DNA from: the human T2T-CHM13v2.0 reference genome, Homo sapiens
Strand: one strand, 5' to 3'
Length of the DNA: 64,000 nucleotides
Assembly (NCBI RefSeq): GCF_009914755.1
Contig: NC_060929.1
Of this stretch, positions 1-15,113 are shown in pieces. A program made the position numbers and the translations under genes. The notes under the pieces are model-generated. The model was not told the DNA's origin, searched no databases, and worked only from the letters and a program-made list of their open reading frames with translations. Within the stretch, counting starts at the first letter, position 1; the number at the start of each line of letters is the position of its first letter.

Positions 1-1504
1 TGCTGCATCAAATGGTTATTTCCAGTTCTAGATCCTTGAGGAATTGCCACGTTGTCTTCCCTAATAGTTGAACTAATTTACACTCCCATCAACAGTGTAA
101 AAGCATTCCTGTTTCTCCACATCCTCTCCAGCATCTGTTGTTTCCTGACTTTGTAATGATCGCCATTTTAACTGGCGTGAGATGGTATCTCATTGTGGTT
201 TTGATTTGCATTTCTCTGATGACCAGTGAGGATGAGCATTTTTTCATATGTTTGTTGGCTGAATAAATGTCTTCTTTTGAGAAGTGTCTGTTCATATCCT
301 TTGCCCACTTCTCGATGAGATTGTTTGTTTTTTTCAGGTAAATTTGTTTAAGTTCTTTATAGATTCTGGATATTAGCCCTTTGTCAGATGGATAGATTGC
401 AAAAATTTTCTCCCATTCTGTAGGTTGTCAGTTCACTCTGATAAGAGTTTCTTTTGCTGTGTAGAAGCTCTTTAGTTTGATTAGATCCTTGGTGTTTTAG
501 TCATGAAGTCTTTGCCCATGCCTAAGTCCTGAATGGTATTGCCTAGGTTTTTTTTTTCTAGGAATTTATGGTTTTAGTTCTTACATTTAAGTCTTTAATC
601 CATCTTGAGTTATTTTTTGTATAAGGTGTAAGGATGGGGTCCAGTTTCAGTTTTCTGCATATGGCTAGCCAGTTTTTCCAACACCATTTATTAAATAGGG
701 GTTTCTTTCCCCGTTGCTTGTTTTTATCAGGTTTGTCAAAGATCAGATGGTTGTAGATTTGTGGAATTATTTCTGAGGCTTCTATTCTGTTCCATTGGTC
801 CATATATCAGTTTTGGTACCAGTACCATGCTGTTTTTGTTACTGTAGCCTTGTAGTATAGTTTGAAGTCAGGTAGTGTGATGCCTCCAGCTTTTTTCTTT
901 TTGCTTAAGATTGTCTTGGCTATGTGGGCTCTTTTTTGGTTCCATATGAAATTTAAAGCAGTTTTTTTTCCAATTCTGTGAGAAAGTCAATGGTAGCTTG
1001 ATGGGGAAAGCATTGAATCTATAAATTACTTTGGGCAGTATGGCCATTTTCATAATATTGATTCTTCCTATTCATGAGCATGCAATGTTTTTCTATTTGC
1101 TTGTGTCCTGTCTTATTCCTTGGAGCAGTGGTTTGTAGTTCTCCTTGAAGAGGCCCTTCACATCCCTTGTAAGTTGTATTCCTAGGTAGCTTATTCTCTT
1201 CATAGCAATAGTGAATGGGAGTACACTCATGATTTGGCTCTGTCTATTATTAGTGTATAGGAATGTTTGTGATTTTTGCACATTGATTTTGTATCCTGAG
1301 ACTTTGCTGAAGTTGCTCATCAGCTTAAGGAGATTTGGGGCTGAGACAATGGGGTTTTCTAAATATACAATCATGTCATCTGCAAACAGAGACAATTTGA
1401 TTTCCTCTTTTCCTGACTGAATATCCTTTATTTCTTTCTCTTGCCTGATTGCCCCAGCCAGAACTTTCAGTACTATGTTGAATAGGAGTGGTGAGAGAGG
1501 GCAT
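1..1504 (-). mobile_element. 5'-truncated primate L1 (older L1PA, roughly PA7-PA8), ORF2 RT to C-terminal region; runs off the window start
   Basis: Broken minus-strand ORF2 fragments ([14 protein letters not shown] at 1093-1395, [20 protein letters not shown]); ~35 bp internal deletion near 489; homology stops at GAGAGAGGGCAT (1504). Confidence 0.93.
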
Positions 1505-2299
1505 AATCTGATGCCCTTTTATTGGGTCAAATTAGAAAGATACAAATCCAGTCATTTCAATTAATAATTAGGTGGGTGGATAATAGCAAAGCATTTTGTG
1601 CACAGATTAGGACACAGCTATTGCAGTTTTAAAAACAGCTTTTGAATAAACCTCTCAAAGATAAAGGCAATTGGGGTTGTGGAAGGGGCTGAACTCATCT
1701 TCTCATCCTTCAGGGACAGCTACTCAAAAGTGAATCTCCAAACCACCTTGGGATTATATCATGACCAAAGCACTAGAAAGCAATTTAGGTTATTTGTTTA
1801 TCAATTCTTCCCCTTCCACCACCACCTTTTTTTTTCAAAAGTTTCTCTACCACGAACTGAGGACAAAAGCTTGGATTTGGATTAAGTGTTGATTATAACC
1901 AGGAGTCAAACAAAAAGGACCTAGTTTGAAATAACCAGTGTTATTTTGGTCAGTGACATCTTGTTGTGGCACATTCAGCATATATTAACAATCGCACTAA
2001 AGTTTAAAAAACTGAATTTCTCACTTCTTTCTATGAAGCAATAGAGCATATAATTTTAAGCTCATCTTCTCAATTTAAGACACTTTATTTTACAGCTTTT
2101 TGACATACATAACACTAGAATGAACTAGTGCCAAATATTCTTCAACTGTGTTCTTTTTGCTGGTCTTTCTTCATTTTTGAATCTTTTTTATAATCTCTAT
2201 TCTGTCTGAAGTAGTTTGACAAAATATCAAGGAGAATGTATTTTAAGTTATGAGGGATCAACAAAAATTTTCATACAGGAGTAGTTCATTGCAAGTCTT

Positions 2300-2711
2300 C
2301 AAAGTGCCACAAAATCAACTGTACTCTTTAGCCTGGCATTCAAGAGCTTTTACAATTTTACCCACTCAAGTTCTCTTCTTATACCCTTGTAAATGAAGTC
2401 TCCTATCTAGTCAAACTAGCCTACTCATGGTTCCTTAAATATACCCTTTGTGTTTCTGACGTTTTATCTCTTGTGCATGTCATGTCCCCTGCATGAAGTA
2501 GCTTTCTTCTTGCTTTCTTCTTCTGCCTCCACCCTATGCATCTTTTAAGGCACAATTAAAATCCCATTCCCCTGAGAAGTCTTTCTTTATTTCCCCCAAC
2601 ATTCCTTATTATCAATGTTTCTCATGAGTCATATTAAAAACCCTAATTTACATTGTTACTTATCCTTTTATATGTAAGTTCTGTGATCTTTCAGAGAATA
2701 AGAATCTATAT
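2300..2711 (+). mobile_element. L2 3' region fragment, apparently resuming after the hAT insertion at ~5506-5575
   Basis: CTCTTTAGCCTGGCATTCAAGAGC and TCTTTTAAGGCACAATTAAAATCCC resemble L2 consensus; tail-like AAATGTTAGTTGG at ~5555; boundaries approximate. Confidence 0.55.
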
Positions 2712-2994
2712 CAGGGATCAGAAAATTTTCTATAAAGAGCCAGATAGTAAATATTTAAGGTTTTTAGGCTAAGAGTCAAAATTTAGGATATTACATAAGT
2801 AGTCATAAAACAAGACAGATAATTTAATTCTACAATTTTATGAAATTTAAATAATAAGAATTGAGTACAATCTTAAATCTACTGATGAAAAGAATAACAA
2901 TATTTGGAGGGATAGCATTTTGCACATTTGGAGGTCAAAGTTAACTGACTACAAATATTCATCTCAGTGCTGATTTATAATTAGATTTTATGTA

Positions 2995-3318
2995 CATTCA
3001 TGTGTCACAGAATAATGTTTTGGTCAACAATGAGCCTCATTTATGATGGTGTTCCCATAAAATTATAATATTATATTTTTGCTGTATTTTCTCTATGTTT
3101 AGATATGTTTAGATACACATATATTTCCCATTGTGTTACAATTGCCCAGAGTATTCAATACAGTAACATGCTGTGCAGGTTGGTAGCCTAGGAGCATAGA
3201 GCCTATGTTACACCTCACAATTTGTGTTAAGTACACTCTAAAAAGTTAGCACAATGATGATATAGCCTAAGAGCCCATTTCTCAGAGCATATTTCCATCA
3301 TTAAGTAATGCATGACTG
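2995..3318 (-). mobile_element. Tigger3a/MER7A TcMar MITE nested in the hAT element
   Basis: TA|CATTCATGTG ... GCATGACTG|TA termini with TA TSD; internal ATGTTTAGATATGTTTAGATAC and GTAGCCTAGGAGCA. Confidence 0.88.
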
Positions 3319-4596
3319 TATTTCATGTTTGAAGCTGTATTTTTACATAGACAGGTATTGTCAAATACTGATGATATTGATTTCAATCCACAAGCATGAT
3401 TTTAGTTGAGTATATTCATCATTTGGAAGATATCAATGGAATTCTATTAGCCTTTTAGCATGTCAGCACATTGCAGATTAATCCTTCTAATTAAAAATTA
3501 AGTTGAAACTCCTCAATTGCAAATATAGATTTTGAAATGCATAGATTTCTTTTGCACTTGCACCAAAGTTTGAACTATGTTAATGCAGCTGAGATTTAAG
3601 CAAATACATCCACTATAATTTGTGTGAGAATGGAGATTTGCTTCTTGTTTCAACTTTTGGCAGCACAGGAAGTATATAAAGCAGTGTGACATTACTTGTG
3701 ATTCAAAAATGTTAGTTGTCAAAATGACTTTACCATAGTGTGATTTTTCACATATAAACACTGCTTTTTCTTGGAGTTTTAGGTTAAATTCATTAAGAAA
3801 CATTATCAAAATGATACCTCTTTTCTCCTTTAGAAAAAAATATAATCTCATTCGGGAGCCAAAAACATCAAAGAAAGAGAAAAAGAAAAAAAAAAAAAAA
3901 AAAACTCTGCCAAGTCATCAAACTACCCTTTGGTGAAAGAACTCAGGATATTTAAGATAAAGTTCATCACTGACACTAGTGGTTCAATAACACATAATGG
4001 AGTCAAACATTTTTTATAAAATAGTTGCTAATGAATAATACAATGAATAAGCTTTTAAAATCTTAACAGATTTCATTCCAGTTTGTATTGAATTTGAGTT
4101 TTCTAAACTTCTTTGAAAATATCATCGTAGATATTCACAGAGGCTAATGCTTAGGTCACTTCAAACTCAGCTCCGAGTACTTGACAAAGCAATATCGACT
4201 GAGCAGTGTTGGTAGCATCAGGCAATTCATCAGGAATGAAGTAAAACCAGGAAAAAAAAATTGTTTTGTTCTTTTTTTGATGCTCCTCCCAAAGTCCTCA
4301 ACAATTCAAACAACTATTCTTGCCTAAAGGCTAAAAATTTAAACAAATTTATTTTCTATGGACAAATTTCTTCAGCACCTGAAATCAAACATGATTTAAT
4401 TAACTCACCATTGTTAAGTGGCTTTCCTTGACTAACAAAGGAGGTACTTGAAAAGTTACTTTGCAGCCTCCTTTTAATTTTGTTTTTCTTTCTTGGGAAG
4501 AAAACCGCACTGATAAGATATCTCATTTTAGATTTCCTCATTTTTTGGCCATTGGTTTCCTATGAATTGGGAATATTATGATGGTTGCTTAGTCTG

Positions 4597-4937
4597 TGAT
4601 ATCGTTTGGCTGTGTCCCCACAGAAATCTCAACTTGAATTGTATCTCCCAAAACTCCCACATGTTGTGGGCGGACCAAGGGAGAGGTAATTGAATCATGG
4701 GAGGTGATCTTTCCCATGCAATTGTCATGATAGTCAATAAGTCTGACAAGAGCTGATGGGTTTATCGGGGGTTCCACTTCTGCTTCTCTCATTTTTCTCT
4801 TGCCATGTAAGAAGTGCCTTTCGCCTCCCACCATGATTCTGAGGCATCCTCAGCCACGTGGGACTGTAAGTCCATTTTTTTTCTTGTTCTTAGTTTCGGG
4901 TATGTCTTTATCAGCAGCATGAAAACGAACTAATACA
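4597..4937 (+). mobile_element. THE1A solo LTR (ERVL-MaLR) nested in the hAT element
   Basis: TGATATCGTTTGGCTGTGTCCCCA ... GAAAACGAACTAATACA; perfect 5 bp TSD GTCTG (4592-4596, 4938-4942). Confidence 0.92.
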
Positions 4938-6618
4938 GTCTGGTAATGGTTCTTTTAACTAGCGATAGTGTCATCACTTAATAAACAGAATGTTTTGTCA
5001 TCTAAGTTAATAACAAACTTATTCACACTTCACTTGGCCACAAAATAGTAACATTCAAAGTTCACTTTCTCTTCTTTTTATGTTTTGATGAAATGGATAT
5101 GCACTGTAACTAAATACATAAATAAATACATAAATAAAACAAAATTTTGAACAATATACATGACACTCAAAACACCTTTGAGTTATAACTGTGATTTTTG
5201 TAGAGTGCTGAGCCGCAGTGAAAAGCAATGAGAGCACCATACATGTTCTCTGTTCCAGTTGCCCCACTCTGCCATTGCAGCACAGAGACAGCCATGGACG
5301 ATATGTAAGTGAATGAGTGTGATATGGTCCTATAAAAGTTTCTTTACAAACACTGAAATTTAAATTTCATTTAATTTTCATGTGCCAGGAAATGTTGTTA
5401 TTATTCAACTATTTTAAAATACAAAAATTATTCTTAGTTTATGAACCATAGACAAATAGGAAGTAGGTTACCCTTGGCCCAAAGGCCGTAGTTTACTGAC
5501 CCCTGATATATACTATGTGCTTAATACATACCAATGCAGAGTGTGCAATCAAGAAATGTTAGTTGGCTAAAAATGACACACTTATGTATTTGGTTAACTG
5601 ATGTTAATAAATTAAAATTTCTATTAAAAGATTTTAATTAAAAATTTATATTATATGTATTTACCTGATGCTAATAAGTTAAAATTTCTATAAATATGGA
5701 TATACTCTTTAATCTGTGCATTGGTGAAGAAGGATACTCTCTACTATTTATTCATAAGGAACCAGAAATATGCTGTCAAGCGTGTATTAGTAAAAAGAAG
5801 CAAATGACCTACTGTGTACTACTGAAGTCAATTAAGACTAAGGTAATTTGAGCTAATCTGTATCCACATCCACCTGTTTGGAAAGAAAACATTATACTGA
5901 TCAGTGCTGGGCTATTTAAAAATTTATAGTTTCAAAGTGTTTATTGGTTATGCACCTAAACTTTAAAAATAATGCTTTTAAATTTTTGCTTCTGAAGGAA
6001 CTCGTTGAATAACAACTGTGATGATTCAAATTTAGACAAGTTTTACTTATTTGACTGTTTTTCTTAGTTTAGATTTGCATCCTTGGAAAGCAGCACAAGG
6101 TAAATAATTTATTTCTGTGCATTGGGACACTGACTTCTGTTGTAACAACTGGGAGGTTCATTCTGCCCTAAAAACCAGTTGAGAACATATAGGCAGCTTA
6201 CAACATTTTCTATTTTTGTGTCTGTGGAAAATTAATCATGATTCAATAAATTCGCCCTACAAAAGCAAACATAAGGGGGTTACTTATAACATATTTTCAG
6301 ATTGCAAGTTTGTACCATCTGCCTACAATGAGCCAGAACTTGAAACATTCTGAAAATATTTAGAAAAACAGCAGAACACATGTTTAATTCACTTTATTTA
6401 TTTATTTATTATTATTATTATACTTTAAGTTTTAGGGTACATGTGCACAATGTGCAGGTTAGTTACCTGTGTATACATGTGCCATGCTGGTGCACTGCAC
6501 CCAGTAACTCTTCATTTAACATTAGGATCGCCCAATGCTATCCCTCCCCCCTCCCCCAACCCCACAACAGGCCCCAGAGTGTGATATTCCCCTTCCTGTG
6601 TCCATGTGTTCTCATTGT

Positions 6619-10458
<3,840 letters not shown>

Positions 10459-10506
10459 TTATTTTGCTCATTAGTTGATGCAGTTTCTTCCAAGTCTCGA
10501 TGGTCT

Positions 10507-11524
10507 TTACATTTTGGCATGATTTTGCAGCGGCTGGTACCGGTTGCTCCTTTCCATGTTTAGCACTTCCTTCAGGAGCTCTTTTAGGGCAGGTCTGGTG
10601 GTGACAAAATCTCTCAGCATTTGCTTGTCTGTAAAGTATTTCATTTCTCCTTCATTTATGAAGCTTAATTTGGTGGGGTATGAAATTCTGTGTTGAAAAT
10701 TCTTTTCTTTAAGTATGTTGAATATTGGCCCCCACTCTCTTCTGGCTGGTAGAGCTTCTGCCGAGAGATCCACTGTTAGTCTGATGGGCTTCCCTTTGAG
10801 GTTAACCCGACCTTTCTCTCTGGCTGCCCTTAACATTTTTTCCTTCATTTCAACTTTGGTGAATCTGACAATTTTGTGTCTTGGAGTTGCTCTTCTCAAG
10901 GAGTATCTTTGTGGTGTTCTCTGTATTTCCTGAATCTGAATGTTGACCTGCCTTGCTAGACCGGGGAAGTTCTCCTGGATAATATCCTGCAGAGTGTTTT
11001 CCAACTTGGTTCCATTCTCCCCGTCACTTTCAGGTACACTAATCAGACGTAGATTTGGTCTTTTCACATAGTCCTATATTTCTTGGAGGCTTTGCTCATT
11101 TCTTTTCATTCTTTTTTCTCTAAACTTCCCTTCTCACTTCATTTCATTCATTTAAATGTTCCATCGTTGATACCCTTTCTTCCAGTTGATCACATCAGCT
11201 CCTGAGGCTTCTGCATTCTTCGCGTAGTTCTCCAGCCTTGGTTTTCAGCTCCATCAGCTCCTTTAAGCACTTCTCTGTATTGGTTATTCTAGTTATACAT
11301 TCTTCTAAATTTTTTTCGAAGTTTTCAACTTCTTTGCCTTTGGTTTGAATGTCCTCCTGTAGCTCAGAGTAATTTGATTGTCTGAAGCCTTCTTCTCTCA
11401 GCTCATGAAAGTCATTCTCCGTCCAGCTTTGTTCCGTTGCTGGTGAGGAACTGCATTCCTTTGGAGGAGGAGAGGTGCTCTGCTTTTTAGAGTTTCCAGT
11501 TTTTCTGCTCTGTTTTTTCCCCAT
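10507..11524 (-). pseudogene. L1 ORF1 (RNA-binding protein p40), disrupted
   Basis: MGKKQSRKTGNSK start, stop after 109 aa, resumes RPNLRLI...ARREW...QPLQNHAKM. Confidence 0.95.
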
Positions 11525-11980
11525 CTTTATGGTTTTATCTTCTTTTGGTCTTTGATGATGGTGATGTACAGATGGGTTTTTGGTGTGGATGTCCTTTCTG
11601 TTTGTTAGTTTTCCTTCTAACAGACAGGACCCTCAGATGCAGGTCTGTCGGTTGTACCCAGCCGTGTGAGTTGTCAGTCTGTCCCTGCTGGGGGGAGCCT
11701 CCCAGTTAGACTGCTCCGGGGTCAGGTGTCACGGACCCACTTGAGGAGGCAGTCTGCCCATTCTCAGATCTCCAGCTGCGTGCTGGGAGAACCACTGCTC
11801 TCTTCAAAGCTGTCAGACAGTGACATTTAAGTCTGCAGGGGCTACTGCTGTCTTTTTGTTTGTCTGTGTCCTGCCCCCAGAAGTGGAGCCTACAGAGGCC
11901 AGCAGGCCTCCCTGAGCTGTGGTGGGCTCCACCCAGTTCGAGCTTCCCAGATGCTTTGCTTACCTAAGCAAGCCTGGGCA

Positions 11981-12163
11981 ATGGCAGGCGCCCTTCCCCC
12001 AGCCTCCTTGCCACCTTGCAGTTTGATCTCAGACTGCTGCGCTAGCAATCAGCGAGACTCCATGGGCTTAGGACCCTCTGAGCAATGTGCAGGATATAAT
12101 CTCCTGGTGCGCCATTTTTTAAGCCCATCGGAAAAGTGCAGTATTAGGGTGGAAGTGACCTGA
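11981..12163 (+). pseudogene. L1 antisense ORF0, truncated at 60 codons
   Basis: MAGALPPASLPPCSLISDCCASNQRDS matches primate L1 ORF0; ends at TGA where consensus has an Arg codon (CpG decay). Confidence 0.85.
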
Positions 12164-12806
12164 TTTTCCAGGTGCCGTCTGTCACCCCTTTCTTTGACTA
12201 GGAAAGGGAACTCCCTGACCCCTTGTGCTTCCCGAGTGAGGCAATGCCTCACCCTGCTTCGGCTTGCACATGCTGCCTGCACCCACTGACCTGCGCCCAC
12301 TGTCTGGCACTCCTTAGTGAGATGAATCCAGTACCTCAGATGGAAATGCAGAAATCACCCATCTTCTGTGTCACTCACACTGTAATTCACTTTATATTTA
12401 ATAGAGATATATTTGTTAGTTTAGTACACATTTAAACTTGTTTTCATGCTTCTACATGGTTACCTAATTATTTTGTTTATCAATATTATTTAAAATATTA
12501 CAGGCTAAATTAATGTTTATTCTCCAGAAGACCACTAGAAAACCTGAAGCTCAACCAAAACTCACTTTATGAAACCTATGTAGTGAAGGAGAACACCAAC
12601 TTGACAGTTTTATTGATTTCTTAAAAGGAGGAAGTCAGGAAAGTCAGTTTTGAAGACAGATCTTGCAAGACAGGCAACTGGTTGGGTTGGGCAGAGTTTG
12701 TATTATGATAGCTTTGAACTTCTGGGCAACAGTGAAGCAAGGTTCTCAAAGCAAATCTTCATGAGAAAAGTGTCAGACTTGTTAAATGTGCTGTTTTTGT
12801 TTTACT

Positions 12807-13455
12807 GTATTAGTTTTTTATTGCTTCATAACAAATCACCACAAATTTAGTAGCTTTAAACAACATTAATTATCTTATAGTTTGGGAAGGTTATGGCACA
12901 GCTTAGCTGAGTGCTCTGGTCAGGGTCTCAGAAGTCCACAATCTAGATGTCAAACTGCATTTCTTTTTCAATCTTGGCATCCTTTTCTAAGCACACATCG
13001 TTGTTGTCAGAATTCAGTTCCTTGTGGCTATAGGACTGAGTTCCCACTTTCTTACTGACTGTTAGCTAAGTCCTTTCCTATCCCCAGAAGCCCTCACAGC
13101 TCCTTCCCATGTGGACCTCTTACAGCATCTCTCTGAACATGGCAGACTTACATTTTCAAAGACAGAGAATCAAAAGAGGGGATAGTCCCTCTTTTAAAGG
13201 GCTCACCTCATTTAAGACAGGTCCACCCAGAATAATGTCCTTTTTGATTTTCTCAAAGTCAGTGGATTCAGGTTCTTCATTTATCTGCAAAATACCTCCA
13301 CTTATTGCCATATAACATAATTATAGGAGTGATACACCAATGCCTTGGCCACTTTCTATTGTTTAAAAGCAATGCAGAGATAAGACCCACACTTAAAACG
13401 AGGGCATTATGCAAGGATTTGGGTCATTGCAGGTCATTTTAGGATTCTGCCAAAG
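12807..13455 (-). mobile_element. MLT1 LTR (MLT1D/E-like, ERVL-MaLR)
   Basis: TGTATTAGTTTTTTATTGCTTCATAACAAATCACCACAAATTTAG terminus; CAGAATTCAGTTCCTTGTGGCTATAGGACTGAG; AGGTCCACCCAGAATAATGTCC. Confidence 0.8.
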
Positions 13456-15113
13456 GTAGTTAGTTACTCTGATCTTACAAAAGCAAATTTTTTTTGGAGA
13501 AAGTAGCTCAATTATTTTTTTCTAATCCTTATTCTATTTAGCACAAAAAGAGGAAAGTATGCTTCATCATAAAATTGGTTATAATAAGCACAAGAATGTT
13601 GGTTTTCTGTTCTGAAAGCAGAGAGGTTTAACATTTCCTGATTTCCCAGTTAAATTCTCTCAGAGCCTCTAGTTAGTGGCTCAGTTTTTCCATAATTCCT
13701 ATTATACAAAAGACAAAATGATAGGCCTGTAACAAATATCTAGCATCCTATGTTAGTTTGGACCATAGATATCTGTTTCATATCTAAGCACTTTGCTTTC
13801 TATAATACTTAGAATTGTAAAAACAATACTAGTAGGGAGGTAATCTCTTTATCTTAAAAGCCACTTCAACACCACATATTATATTATTTATATAATATAG
13901 GCTTACTTGATTGTGTGTTAATTTGTATCTTTCAAAATGGTTTGGAACTAAGGTCAAAATTAATCAGCAATGAGTCTTTCTTTTCCGCACACTGTATCTC
14001 TCGCTTTCTGTGCCTGACCTGATGCTGCTTACTGTGCATTCACGTTACCATCTTCCACTGTTTGTCATACATTTCTTGTGACACTTTAGTCTTCCTAGGT
14101 TCAACAATCCATTATTATAATCAATCCCATGTCCCTCTATCCTTTCAAAACTCAAACACTAGTATTATCTAAATGTCAGCTTAGTCCATACCCCTTTCTT
14201 CACAGTCAAATGTAATTGAAGAGAACACAAACTATACCAACACATTTTAAATACATGACCACTAAGTTCAAGAGGGCCTGTTTTTTGCTGATTCCTGTCT
14301 ACCACTCTTCTGAACAAAATACAAAAAAAAAAATTAAATATTCTCCTCTACTGGGGGAACCAGCCCCCAATATTTCAATGTAGGTTCTTTTCTATTTCCC
14401 TAAGTGTTGGCCGGTCTGAGAAATAAAGGGAAAGAGTACAAAAGATAGAAATTTTAAAGCTGGGTGTCTGGGGGAGACATCACATGTCAGCAGGTTCTGT
14501 GATGCCCCCTGAGCTGCAAAACCAGCAAGTTTTTATTACTGATTTTCAAAGGGGAGGGAGTGTATGAATAGGGTGTGGGTCACAGAGATCACAGGCTTCA
14601 AGGGCAATAAAAGATCACAAGGCAGAAGGTCAGGGTGACATCACAAGGTCAGGGCAAAACTAGACTTGCTAATGAAGGTCCATGTCCTGCTGGGCACACA
14701 TTTTCATTGATAAACATCTTAGCAGGAAACAGGGTTCAAGAGCAGAGAACCGGTCTGACTAGAATTCCCCAGGTTGGTATTTCCTAATCTTAGCAAGCCT
14801 GGGGATGCTGCAGGAGACAAGGGCGTGTTTCATCCCTGATCTGCAACTGCACTCCTAGAGTGGCCATTTTTGAGGCCCCCCCGGGAATGCATTATTTTTT
14901 CAGGGCTGTTAATTATTAATATTCCTTGCTGGGGAAAGAATTGAGTGATATTTCTCTTACCCGTTTTCGGTAATGAGAGAAATATGACTCTGTCCTGTCC
15001 TGCTCCCAGGCAGTCAGACTTAATGGTAATCTCCCTTGTTCCCTGAACATTGCTGTTATCCTGTTCTTTCTTCAAGGTGCCCAGATTTCACATTGTTCAA
15101 ATACACATGCTTT

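Larger units (their letters stand above)
2712..5505 (-). mobile_element. Decayed hAT-Charlie DNA transposon (Cheshire-like, MER58 ends) with relic transposase
   Basis: Termini CAGGGATCAGAAAA (2712) and TTTACTGACCCCTG (5505) with MER58-type subterminal sequence; degraded 8 bp TSD ATCTATAT/ATATATAC; minus-strand transposase remnants SKHKKKRK, HCIIH (4031-4045), decayed VRWLS, FLNEFNLKLQ (ORF 3513-3851). Confidence 0.82.

Noticed and set aside
3869-3903. A tract as the tail of a retrocopy
   Set aside because: No TSD or poly(A) signal, and decayed transposase motifs continue on both sides, so local slippage fits better.
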